Positions 18,201 to 26,624 of a DNA stretch of 43,150 bases are shown in pieces. A program made the translations under genes and the position numbers. The notes under the pieces were generated by a model. That model was not told the origin of the DNA. It was given only the letters and a program-made list of their open reading frames with translations, and made no database searches. The stretch is from Spirochaetales bacterium. GTDB lineage: Bacteria; Spirochaetota; Spirochaetia; JABEVK01. Position 1 is the first letter of the stretch. Every line of letters begins with the position of its first letter. The DNA lies in the NCBI GenBank assembly GCA_037142615.1, contig JBAXAI010000032.1, positions 1 through 43,150 on the forward strand, read 5' to 3'.

Positions 18201-19229
18201 GACGGCTTCAGCCCCAACGGGGACGGTTCGGCCGACACACTCACCCTTTCGCCCAAGCTCGGGGTCTCCGATGGCATCTCGACCTGGAAGATCAGCGTCG
18301 AACACGAGTCGCTCGGGCTGCGTAAAGTCTTCAGCGGGACCGGAACCGTTCCTGCCCAGTTGGTATGGGATGGCAGCGCCGACGACAAGCGCAAGGCCGA
18401 AGACGGCCGCTACACCGCCAAGCTCGAGGTCGCCTACGCCAAGGGAAACGCTCCCGAAACCCGCAGTTCGGCGTTCGTCTTGCAAGCGGGGCCGCCGCAA
18501 GTCGCCCTCGACATCGGTCCTCAACCGTTCTCGCCCGACAATGACGGCACCAACGATGAATTGCTGATTGCTTTGGCTGTGAAGAGTTATGCCCCCGTCG
18601 CTGACTGGTCGCTCGACATCACCGACCCCGAAAGCCACCGTTTCATCCGCTTTACAGGTAAGGGCGCACCCGCCTCGCAGTTCAAGTGGGACGGCCGCTC
18701 CGACACCGGCGAACTCGTGCAGTCGGCCTCGGATTACACGATCCGACTTCAAGTTCGTGACACGCTGGGCAACATCGGAACCATCCAGAAACCTCTGGCC
18801 GTCGATGTGCTGGTTATCCGCGATGGCGACCGGTTGCGCATCATCATTCCCAGCATCACGTTCGCGGCCAACTCCAGCGATTTCATCAAGGGGATCGAGG
18901 CCGACAAGGTGACGAAGAACCAGAGCGTGCTCAAGCGTCTGGCCGAGATCTTCACCAAATACTCCCGCTACAAGATCGGGATCGAAGGTCACGCGGTGAT
19001 GATCAACTGGGACAACAAGGCCAAGGGTGACAAGGAGCAGGAGACCGAACTGCTGCCCCTTTCCAAGACCAGGGCCGAGGCGGTCAAGGTTTACCTCAGC
19101 AGTTTGGGAATCGCCTCGAGCCGCATCACCACCTCGGGCATCGGAGGCGCCAGGCCCGTGGTTCCGTTCAGCGACACCGACAACCGCTGGAAGAACCGCC
19201 GGGTCGAGTTCTGGCTGGACCGGGAGTAA
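15261..19229 (+). CDS. large exported protein: putative beta-barrel, 8 FlgD-Ig-like repeats, C-terminal OmpA peptidoglycan-binding domain
   Basis: Signal peptide MKRLVLLLLILC; amphipathic beta-strand N-terminal region; eight W/YDG...PDG.Y-type repeats; OmpA motifs IEGH...LSKTRAEAVKVYL...NRRVEF. Confidence 0.85.
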   Translation: MKRLVLLLLILCATPWLTGQMVVSSLSSPVFASGEGGTSSQEAPFSDRFNPASSAYKQRTTFDFSYLGLPGPNGYGNAVNLGLTLPQTWAVLSATASYWGLDVKDFDLGHQGQLTFSASKDLFEDLYIGAQLGTQFGTGGWGAGLSLGFQHFPGTLNPWMQDLRWGAALRDMGTAYTTKSGNAIPPVFTPAIGADFFVLKTNGLAIELRPDLSAPSFQDLRFSLGSTIAFGDVLALNLAYNFDLRDTFFTKTAPAVPLSAGVSFTFKTDLQDNVDLLDFSKRGWNKSEVHVTTSAMPLSGGVWAFGGGVNIPLGQKDTLAPVVAIDTSLHFISPNNDGVQDTLDLPVTISDERFITSYRIAVYDVKKALVRSIQSALPLPQAEGFDQILNRLAYVKHGVTIPPTLSWNGYSDAGTVVPDGTYTLVLTARDDNGNQKDWPSGSVVVKNTPPLANLSAPVSEFNPVGPRNRLALVQRGTAEDQWTGIVRDSRDQIVRQVTWAQSAPANFEWDGKNDAGKLVPDGVYTYELSATDPAGNKATSKISNILVNSQPTPLDLNLNRMALSPDGNGAKTLVFQPKPGLSAGMTSWKVEILDTKGNTYKTLRGTGVIPPEIAYDGHNEANQSLPEGDYRAKLTLEYSNGNAPEVLSPPFTVKNSPPQAKVSSPFTVFSPGSVDGHGVLTFQQTTSAEELWTGKLTNASGDVLRMVRWTGKADATFVWDGLGSDGKILPDGNYVYSIEAVDKAGNRGSSTPLPVTVDTKKREVLITADRSALSPGSLTANGRVKFLPLVKETTGLQNFSLVLRNAFNQVVLTWPDQTSVPASVDWDGKLDNGAWAPDGVYVAEIKTTYSNGNTPGARSNPVLVKNGQPTLTLSSDTTVFSPTPGSSRPVLNIIQDSSSEKEWTAALTRGTDTIKTWSWQKGRVTNIAWDGTDANGNHVADGTYRYEVKTTDEAGNSLVKSLESLTVDSRPTPLFLTTSADGFSPNGDGSADTLTLSPKLGVSDGISTWKISVEHESLGLRKVFSGTGTVPAQLVWDGSADDKRKAEDGRYTAKLEVAYAKGNAPETRSSAFVLQAGPPQVALDIGPQPFSPDNDGTNDELLIALAVKSYAPVADWSLDITDPESHRFIRFTGKGAPASQFKWDGRSDTGELVQSASDYTIRLQVRDTLGNIGTIQKPLAVDVLVIRDGDRLRIIIPSITFAANSSDFIKGIEADKVTKNQSVLKRLAEIFTKYSRYKIGIEGHAVMINWDNKAKGDKEQETELLPLSKTRAEAVKVYLSSLGIASSRITTSGIGGARPVVPFSDTDNRWKNRRVEFWLDRE

Positions 19230-20024
19230 TCAGCGCGGCGGTAACAGTTTACCTTCGATGCTGATGGTCGCCTCGGCGTAGGGTACCAGCGCGCCGCTGG
19301 CGGCCAGCCCCGCCTTGACCGACTGGCTGATGCCTCCGCAACAGGGAACTTCCATCCGAAGCACCGTGACGCTTCGGATGTGGTTGACCTGAAAAATCTG
19401 AGCGAACTTCTGGGCGTAGGCCTGGTTGTCATCGAGTTTTGGGCAGCCGATGAGCAACACCTTGCCGCGCAGAAAGTCCTGATGAAAATTGGCGTAAGCA
19501 AACGGCACGCAGTCGGCCGCGACAACGAGATCCGCGTTTTCCAGGAACGGCGCTGCCGGCGGTACCAGACGCAACTGCACCGGCCACTGACGCAGGGCCG
19601 ACTGGGCAGGGAGGTCCGAATTGACGGGACGGGCAAGGGACACCCCCGTGGACTGGACCTTTCCCCGGAGGGCGGCCACATCCCAGCCCTTCTCGGCCAG
19701 AATGTCCAACCCCTCGTGCACCAAGTCCTTCTGCCCATTTTCCTTAAGGTGTTTGAGGTGTGCTACAACCGTCGCCTCGCCCAGGGGCACCAAGCGTTCG
19801 AGCACTTCCCTTTCGCTGTACGCCGTCGCTTCGCGCTCGACAAACCTGATGGCGCCGACAGGGCACTCGCCGATGCACGCGCCGAGCCCGTCGCACAGAC
19901 TGTCGCCGACCAGGCGGGCTTTGCCTTCGATCATCTGCAGGGCGCCTTCATGGCAGCCGGTCACACACTGCCCGCAGCCGTTGCACAGGCCTTCATCGAT
20001 CTCAATCACGGTTCGAGTTTTCAT
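19230..20024 (-). CDS. 4Fe-4S dicluster ferredoxin-domain iron-sulfur protein
   Basis: CNGCGQCVTGC, CDGLGACIGECP, QWPVQL, AADC, GCPKLD and MEVPCC motifs. ATG 20024 follows a GGGG SD-like run. Confidence 0.9.
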   Translation of the reverse strand: MKTRTVIEIDEGLCNGCGQCVTGCHEGALQMIEGKARLVGDSLCDGLGACIGECPVGAIRFVEREATAYSEREVLERLVPLGEATVVAHLKHLKENGQKDLVHEGLDILAEKGWDVAALRGKVQSTGVSLARPVNSDLPAQSALRQWPVQLRLVPPAAPFLENADLVVAADCVPFAYANFHQDFLRGKVLLIGCPKLDDNQAYAQKFAQIFQVNHIRSVTVLRMEVPCCGGISQSVKAGLAASGALVPYAEATISIEGKLLPPR

Positions 20025-20040
20025 GTTTACCCCAATCAAC

Positions 20041-20062
20041 TGTTAGTATGTACTTACTAACA
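20041..20062. promoter_or_regulatory. 22-bp palindromic operator, candidate TetR site
   Basis: TGTTAGTA-tGTACt-TACTAACA. It overlaps the expected -10 of a minus-strand promoter whose -35 is TTGACA (20082-20077). Confidence 0.75.
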
Positions 20063-20101
20063 CGAGTTCCGTCACCTGTCAAGTTGGCGGCTGCAGGGGC
20101 T

Positions 20102-20707
20102 TCAGGGGCGGGTGACAATTCGGTAGGTTTTCCAGAACTCGGCCACGGTTTGCACGAGCGACGAACAATCTTCGGGGTTTCTGTCGGCGTGGCTTTTCCA
20201 GTTGCTTACCATCTGCTTCATCGGACCTGTCAGGAGAAGAACGAGGTGGGACGGGGAGAGGTCCTTTCGTAGGGTTCCCTCGGCCTGGCCTTCGCTAACG
20301 ATGGCGTGCAATTGCGAGGCATGGGTTTCCAGCGTCGAAAGGTTGAGGTTGAGAGCTTCGCCCTCGCCCCGGAAGAGCTCTTCAGAAAAAAGGATGCTCG
20401 TCAGGGCCCGTTTGGTCTCGAACTCACGCGCACGTCCCATCAGGAACATCTCCAGTTTTTCAACCGCGTTGAGGCTGGTGTTGCTGCGGATGGCTTCCAG
20501 ATTCTCAAGCGTATTGCTTCGGAAAAGCCGCGCGATTGCCCCGATGATGGCGCCTTTGTCCGGGAAGTGCCTGTACAGCGCGGCATCGGTAAAGCCGATG
20601 CGCTGGGCGATGTTGCGCATCGTAAAGCCCTTGAGCCCCTCGCTCTCGATCACCTGGAGGCTGGCTTCGAGGATTTCAGACTGTCGCTCTGTTAAGGTGG
20701 TTCCCAT
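20102..20707 (-). CDS. TetR/AcrR family transcriptional regulator
   Basis: HTH motif FTMRNIAQRIGFTDAALYRHFPDK. Confidence 0.93.
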   Translation of the reverse strand: MGTTLTERQSEILEASLQVIESEGLKGFTMRNIAQRIGFTDAALYRHFPDKGAIIGAIARLFRSNTLENLEAIRSNTSLNAVEKLEMFLMGRAREFETKRALTSILFSEELFRGEGEALNLNLSTLETHASQLHAIVSEGQAEGTLRKDLSPSHLVLLLTGPMKQMVSNWKSHADRNPEDCSSLVQTVAEFWKTYRIVTRP

Positions 20708-20768
20708 GAATCCATGTTAACACCCTTTTCCAGTTTGCAAAAGATCTTCGCGAGGCTAGAATAGCGCT

Positions 20769-21818
20769 ATGAGCATGGAGCCTGACCTCGTTCTACTTTC
20801 CACTTTTTCCGAGATGGCTAAAGACATAGCCTCGGCTCGCAGTGTCGCCGAAACTGTTGAGCAGGTGATGCGTCACGTGGGGAGGGCTTTTGCGCCGGTG
20901 AACTGGTCGTTGTTGCTGCGAAACGACAGGACCGGCGAGTTGAGGTTCGTGCATGTCACCGGAGAAGGGGCTGCAGGCATCCGCGGCTTGGTGCTCGAGC
21001 GCGGGCAGGGGATCGCGGGGTGGGTTGCCGAACAAGGCCTGCCCGAAATTGTCGTCGACGCTTCGAAGGACAGCCGCTTTCACCGGGCGATCGACGAGAA
21101 GGTTGGTTTTGTTACGCGCTCGATCATCGCGGTGCCACTCAAGGCGCGGGGTCGGGTCTACGGCGTGATCGAGCTGATCAACAAGCTCGATGACTCGTTG
21201 TTCACCGAGCTCGACATCCGCGTTCTTCAGACTATTGCCGATCTTGCTGCCATCGCCATTGAACGGGTGTACTTTTTGCGCACGGCCCGCCGGATGGCCC
21301 TGACCGACCCACTCACCGGTGTCGCCAACCGGAGGCACTTTCAGCGCCAGCTCGACCGCGAAATCGAAAAAACCCAGCGTTCGGGAACGTTGTTCTCACT
21401 CCTGTTCATCGATATCAACCGGTTCAAGGCCATCAACGACACCCACGGACACGCAGCCGGAGACGCCGTTCTCAAGGCGCTGGCGCAGTTGCTGACCGCC
21501 TGCTGCCGCAAGGTAGACCTTTGCGCCCGGCTCGGCGGCGACGAGTTTGCGGTGCTCATGCCCGAAACGGCCATCGAAAGCGCAATGTTTCTTGTCCGCC
21601 GCATCCAGAACTCCCTCGAACAGCGCAGCGCCGAACTCCCGGTGCCTTTTTCCGTGAGTGTCGGTGCCAGGGTCGTCGACCCCCTGCGCCCCACCGACAT
21701 TCTGAGCGAGGCCGACCGGGCCATGTACTCCGACAAGGCTGAGGAGCCGCTGGAGGAAGTGGAAAACCACCTGGTCGGCTACCTTTCGGAGGATTCCCCC
21801 TCCCCACCCAAGGATTGA
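20769..21818 (+). CDS. GAF-GGDEF diguanylate cyclase
   Basis: GAF (GQGIAGWVA...RSIIAVPL), DPLTGVANRR, FKAINDTHGH, I-site RKVD and an intact GGDEF. Confidence 0.95.
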   Translation: MSMEPDLVLLSTFSEMAKDIASARSVAETVEQVMRHVGRAFAPVNWSLLLRNDRTGELRFVHVTGEGAAGIRGLVLERGQGIAGWVAEQGLPEIVVDASKDSRFHRAIDEKVGFVTRSIIAVPLKARGRVYGVIELINKLDDSLFTELDIRVLQTIADLAAIAIERVYFLRTARRMALTDPLTGVANRRHFQRQLDREIEKTQRSGTLFSLLFIDINRFKAINDTHGHAAGDAVLKALAQLLTACCRKVDLCARLGGDEFAVLMPETAIESAMFLVRRIQNSLEQRSAELPVPFSVSVGARVVDPLRPTDILSEADRAMYSDKAEEPLEEVENHLVGYLSEDSPSPPKD

Positions 21819-21843
21819 CAGCACCCTCATCGCCAACTAGATT
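21815..21843 (+). promoter_or_regulatory. near-consensus sigma70 promoter (leaderless) for the HD-GYP regulator
   Basis: TTGACA-17 nt-TAGATT-6 nt-ATG (21850). Confidence 0.75.
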
Positions 21844-21849
21844 GGTACG

Positions 21850-22908
21850 ATGAGCACTCCTGTCGTCCTCTGTGTCGATGACGAGCCCATCATTATTCAG
21901 AGCCTCAGGATAGAGTTGCGCAACGCTCTCAGCGGCCAGTGCACGATTGAAACAGCCGAAAGTGGCGAAGAAGCCCTCGAGATCTTCCACGACATCCAGA
22001 AGGACGGCCGGCAACTCGCTTTGCTCATCTCGGACCAAAACATGCCGGGAATGAAGGGACACGAGTTGCTTGCCCGCGTCAAGCAGGCTTCTCCTCAGAC
22101 CTATACCATTCTGCTGACGGGCTTTTCAGACCTCGAAGGCGTGAAGCAGGCCGTCAACAACGCCGACTTGTACCGTTACATCACCAAACCCTGGAAAAAA
22201 GAAGAGTTCATCTTCACCATCCGGGAAGCCTTGCGGGCGTTCCAGCAGGAAACCCTGATCCAGCAGCAGGAGGTCAAGATTGAAAGACTGACCTTCAGCA
22301 TGATCAACGCCCTGGAAGCCGCCAACCTGAGTTACGACGAAGACACGAGCTTCCACATCCTCCGGGTTTCGGAATACTCCGCCTTCTTGGCCGAATCGAT
22401 GGGCAAAGACATGGATTTTGTCCAGCGGATCCGTACCTACTCCAAGTTGCACGACATCGGCAAGGTCGGCGTTGCCTGCCAATTGCTCAACAAACCGGGC
22501 CAGTACACCCCCGAAGAGTTCGAAATCATGAAGAAACACGTCTGGTATGGTCACCAGATCCTGAGCGTCGAAGGCATCGATGAAATGGCACGCAACATCG
22601 CCTGGTGCCACCACGAGCGTTGGGACGGCAGCGGCTACCAGAGGGGTCTCAGGGGCGAGGGGATCCCGATTGAGGCCCGCATCGTAGCAGTGGCCGACGT
22701 GTTCGACGCCTTGCTCAGCCAGCGGATCTACAAGCCGCCGATGCCCTTTGAAAAAGCCTTCGGAATCGTTTGTGGTGGCGCCGGAAGTCACTTCGATCCG
22801 GCCATTATTGAAGTGTTCCAGGCCAGCCACGATGACCTGTTCTCCATCCGTGAACGCGTGAACTCGATGGAGAGCCTGTCGTCTCAGGCCATAGAAAGCT
22901 ACACCTGA
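21850..22908 (+). CDS. response regulator with HD-GYP cyclic-dinucleotide phosphodiesterase domain
   Basis: REC (VDDE...ISDQNMP...ITKPW), LHDIGK, HHERWDGSGYQ and ARIVAVADVFDAL. Confidence 0.93.
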   Translation: MSTPVVLCVDDEPIIIQSLRIELRNALSGQCTIETAESGEEALEIFHDIQKDGRQLALLISDQNMPGMKGHELLARVKQASPQTYTILLTGFSDLEGVKQAVNNADLYRYITKPWKKEEFIFTIREALRAFQQETLIQQQEVKIERLTFSMINALEAANLSYDEDTSFHILRVSEYSAFLAESMGKDMDFVQRIRTYSKLHDIGKVGVACQLLNKPGQYTPEEFEIMKKHVWYGHQILSVEGIDEMARNIAWCHHERWDGSGYQRGLRGEGIPIEARIVAVADVFDALLSQRIYKPPMPFEKAFGIVCGGAGSHFDPAIIEVFQASHDDLFSIRERVNSMESLSSQAIESYT

Positions 22909-25340
22909 TCGGGCGGATTGCGCGGCAGAAACACGGCGAACTCTGTCTTGCCCGGCACTGACGTCACCTCGATCCTTCCCCTATGTTCCTCGACGATCTT
23001 GCGGCAGATGTCGAGTCCAAGCCCACTACCCTCCCCAGCGGGTTTCGTGGTGAAGAAAGGCTCAAAGATGCGGGCCATCACGGCGTCGGAAATGCCGGGG
23101 CCTGAGTCCCGCACCGAGACCCGGATTTCCTCGTCGACAGGAACGGCTTCGATCTCGAGCAATCCCTTGTAGTCCATCGCCTGCAGCGCGTTTGACACCA
23201 GATTGGTCCAAACCTGCGCCAGCCGGTCCGCGTAGCCCCAGATCAGGCACTCACCGAGATTCTTCCGCAGTTCGACGCCGTGCTTGAGGCGACTTTGGAA
23301 CAGGGTCAGCACGTTTTCGAGGTTCTCGCGAAGGTCCACCTGATGGAAGGTCCCGGACCTTTCTTCGTGCGACAGGGTGCGCAGGGCTCCAATGACCTTG
23401 GCGGCCTTGTCGCTGGCGCGCTCGATGATCAGACAGGACTTTTCCAGGCTGATCATCTCGTAGACCATTTTGACCGCGTCTTTGCCCAGAGGGTCGAGGA
23501 TGAGCTCGCGGAACTCACCCACCCTGCCGGTGAGGTCGAGCTCAGCCAGGCAGTCGATGAGTTCGTCGTCCACCTCGAGGCCGGGCCCGGAAAGCAGGGA
23601 CTGGGCTTCCTTGCGCTTGTGCCTCAGTTGCGCTGAAGGGATGACTTCCACGCCCCGGTAGGCTTCCTCGTACATGCGGTAAAAGAGCGACTTCTGCTCG
23701 GGATTCAGCAACCCAAGAAGGAAGGGAAGTGCCTCGAGAACGCGCTTGAGAAGGCTGGCAATGTTGTCGTTGGAGGCGCTGATGGCCCCCAAGGGCGTGT
23801 TGATCTCGTGGGCAATTCCGGCGATGAGCTGTCCGAGCGCGGCCATTTTTTCGGAACGGATCAGCTGGTCCTGCGCGGTCTTGAGGTTTTCGAGGGTGAG
23901 TTCCAAATGTCGGGTCCGGTCGGCCACTTTACGTTCCAACACCGCGTTCAGTTCCAACACCGCTCGTTCGGCCGCCTTGATTTCGGTGATGTCCTCGACG
24001 AAGGCCTCGAGAATGAACTCTCCCCGGTGAGTGTCATACACCCGCCCCAAATGGTTGGTGACCGTCAAAGTGCGGCGGGACCTCGTGTAAAACTCTGTCG
24101 TGATTTGCAGGCGCCCCTGGGCGGTTTCGGTGAGCATCTGCAGGATAGCCTGCCGTTCCTCGGGCCGCACGTAAAGGTCGGTACCAATATCGGTGATGTG
24201 CTGCAGGGCCTCGTTGGGAGAGGCGTACTCCAGCATCCGGGCCATGGCGAGGTTGAGGTCGATGGGAACCCCGGCGAACGTCGTATGTAGGATGCCCACG
24301 GCCGCTTCCTCAAACATACGGCGAAACCGGTGTTCAGAATCTTTGAGATCCTGCTGCCGGAGCCAGACGCTTTCACGCATGCTTTCAAAGTCCTGAAGAA
24401 TGTCGTTCAGGTCCTGATAGGGCGTTCGGGTCAGCTTTTCGCTGTAATCGCCCAGCGTGATCCGCCGGGTCTCTGACTTGAGCGATTCCAAGGCACGAAA
24501 GAGCTGTCGGTTGAGGCCACCAAGGAAGACGAGCACCAGAACCACCATCAGCACAGCGATCGAGATGACTACGATGTACACGGCGAGCACCGGCGAGTCG
24601 ATTCCCGACTGGTTGCGAGTCAAAAGCAACGACCAGGAACGTTCGCCCAGACGCCAGACAAAGACCTGACTGGCGACACCGTCAACCTGATCACTGTACC
24701 ACCACGAGCCCTCAGAGTGCCGCGCGCTCTCGGCGGTGTAGTGCGGGGGCAAGCTGCCGAGCCAGCTGAGCCCTTGGGTGTCGACCAAGACCCACTTCAT
24801 CGAAACCCTGGAAGCCAGAGTCTCGATGTCGCGTTGCAGGGGCGAGGGGTCGACAATTCCCGCCACGCGGACGCGGCCATGAACCACCGCCAACGCAGGG
24901 CGCGGCCCCGTGCCCACCGAGAGGGTGTCCCAAACTTCGGTCCGGTTCCCCAGCCGCGAAAGGAGGGTCGCGACGGCCGGGGGCAAGACGGTGCTCCTCT
25001 CGGGCCAGGAATCGAGAACTTTACCGGTGTCATCGACCCAATAGAGGGCCGAAAACTCCCCGATCAAAGCCTCGTCGGTTTGAGTGACGCCCAGCTGATC
25101 GGCCATGAAGGCCACTTGCTGCAGCTGCCGGATCTGGCGGTCCCAGCGGTCCTGAACCTGACGCGAAGTGGCCTGCGACAGCTGAAGGTTGAGCCCCTCA
25201 AAGGTGCTGTTGGTTCTCCAGACGATCAGTACGGCGCTCACGAGGATTCCTGCCAGAAACAAGAGAGCCGGCAAGAGGCCGACCCGGACAAGAGTGTCAC
25301 GAAACGTGGGCAACGGTGCCGGGCCGGCCGGAGGCTTCAT
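22899..25340 (-). CDS. membrane sensor histidine kinase (extracellular sensor-HAMP-PAS-HisKA-HATPase)
   Basis: Two TMs; SEKMAALGQLIAGIAHEINTPLG; NLVSNALQA; DSGPGI; EPFFTTK; GSGLGL. Confidence 0.93.
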   Translation of the reverse strand: MKPPAGPAPLPTFRDTLVRVGLLPALLFLAGILVSAVLIVWRTNSTFEGLNLQLSQATSRQVQDRWDRQIRQLQQVAFMADQLGVTQTDEALIGEFSALYWVDDTGKVLDSWPERSTVLPPAVATLLSRLGNRTEVWDTLSVGTGPRPALAVVHGRVRVAGIVDPSPLQRDIETLASRVSMKWVLVDTQGLSWLGSLPPHYTAESARHSEGSWWYSDQVDGVASQVFVWRLGERSWSLLLTRNQSGIDSPVLAVYIVVISIAVLMVVLVLVFLGGLNRQLFRALESLKSETRRITLGDYSEKLTRTPYQDLNDILQDFESMRESVWLRQQDLKDSEHRFRRMFEEAAVGILHTTFAGVPIDLNLAMARMLEYASPNEALQHITDIGTDLYVRPEERQAILQMLTETAQGRLQITTEFYTRSRRTLTVTNHLGRVYDTHRGEFILEAFVEDITEIKAAERAVLELNAVLERKVADRTRHLELTLENLKTAQDQLIRSEKMAALGQLIAGIAHEINTPLGAISASNDNIASLLKRVLEALPFLLGLLNPEQKSLFYRMYEEAYRGVEVIPSAQLRHKRKEAQSLLSGPGLEVDDELIDCLAELDLTGRVGEFRELILDPLGKDAVKMVYEMISLEKSCLIIERASDKAAKVIGALRTLSHEERSGTFHQVDLRENLENVLTLFQSRLKHGVELRKNLGECLIWGYADRLAQVWTNLVSNALQAMDYKGLLEIEAVPVDEEIRVSVRDSGPGISDAVMARIFEPFFTTKPAGEGSGLGLDICRKIVEEHRGRIEVTSVPGKTEFAVFLPRNPPDQV

Positions 25341-25346
25341 CCTACT

Positions 25347-25375
25347 ACTGTACTTCCTGCGGGGTGCTGATGCAA
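25347..25375 (-). promoter_or_regulatory. sigma70 promoter (leaderless) for the sensor kinase
   Basis: Minus strand TTGCAT-17 nt-TACAGT-6 nt-ATG (25340). Confidence 0.65.
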
Positions 25376-25418
25376 GTTTGGGCTTTCTTTCCGCCGAAGG
25401 CCGAAGTATTTTGCTGGC

Positions 25419-26579
25419 ATGGCCTTAACCGTGCGTGTTCACTCCGCGATGGCGGAGATTCCTGAGCCTGACTGGCAGAATCTGACCTCGGCGCTTCCTA
25501 CCCCCATTTTGGAGTGGTGCTGGCTCGACTGGCTCGAGCGCTCGGGAAGCATCGATATCGCACACGGCTGGGCACCCCAGCACCTCACGCTGTGGGACGC
25601 TGGGCGCCTGGTTGCAGGGGCGCCGCTTTACCTGCGCGATCATAGCTGGGGCGATTTTGTGTACGACTTTGCCTTTGCCCAGGCTGCCCAGTCCCGCGGA
25701 ATGCCCTGGTATCCCAAGTTGGTCGGCATGAGCCCGGCAACACCTTCGGTGGGTTGGCAAGTCCTTGTAGCACCAGGAGAAGATTCAGAGGGCTTGACCG
25801 AGCGTTGGTTGGCTGAGGCCGAAAAGCTCGCACGGAAGCTCGGTGCGGTTTCACTCCAGGCCAACTTCACCGATCCCGCGTGGTCAGATGCACTTCCTGG
25901 ACGTTGGGAGCGGTGGAGCCACCAGCACTTCTTGTGGACCAACGACGGTTTTTCGACCTTCGACGACTACCTGGGCGCTTTCGACAAAAACCAGCGGCGC
26001 AACATCAAGCGCGAGCGGGCCAGCATGGAGGCGCAGGGCCTGACCCTGAAGCTGGTTTCGGGCGACGAGATTCCCCAGGCATGGTTTGGGCTGATGGGCG
26101 AGCTTTACGACCGGACCAATAGCCAGTTTGGCCCGTACGCAGCCCGGTTTCTGGAGCCGGAGTTTTTCTTGGGACTCGAGGCGATCCGGCCCATTTTGAC
26201 GCTGGCGGCAACGTTCGAGGCCGGCGACCCCACACCGCTGGCGCTCGGTTTTTTGCTTAAGAAAGGCCCTGCACTGGTGGGGCGGTACTGGGGCGAACGG
26301 CGGCACGTCGACGACTTGTACTTCAACATCTGCTATTACCGGCCCATCGAGTGGGCGATTGAACACGGAATCCAAAGCTTTGATCCGGGAGCCGGGTCGG
26401 AACTGAAAGTCCGCCGGGGGTTCCGTTCGTTCCGCAACGTCAGCCTTCACCGGTTCTTTGACGCCTCGGCCGGCAGACTTTTCGCCGCCAACGTGGATCG
26501 GTTCAACCGGCAGGAAGAGGCCACCATCGAGGCGCTCAATGAGGCGGTTCCGTTCAAACAGACGCAGGTTCGGCATTGA
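25419..26579 (+). CDS. FemAB-like GNAT family protein (DUF482 type)
   Basis: GWAPQHL, PLYLRDHSWGDFVYD, YPKL, LVGRYWG, CYYRPIEWAI and K..RGF motifs. Confidence 0.88.
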   Translation: MALTVRVHSAMAEIPEPDWQNLTSALPTPILEWCWLDWLERSGSIDIAHGWAPQHLTLWDAGRLVAGAPLYLRDHSWGDFVYDFAFAQAAQSRGMPWYPKLVGMSPATPSVGWQVLVAPGEDSEGLTERWLAEAEKLARKLGAVSLQANFTDPAWSDALPGRWERWSHQHFLWTNDGFSTFDDYLGAFDKNQRRNIKRERASMEAQGLTLKLVSGDEIPQAWFGLMGELYDRTNSQFGPYAARFLEPEFFLGLEAIRPILTLAATFEAGDPTPLALGFLLKKGPALVGRYWGERRHVDDLYFNICYYRPIEWAIEHGIQSFDPGAGSELKVRRGFRSFRNVSLHRFFDASAGRLFAANVDRFNRQEEATIEALNEAVPFKQTQVRH

Positions 26580-26624
26580 CAAGGCCCGGGGTTCGCGGGT
26601 AACGCTGGGGGCTCAGGAGAACTC

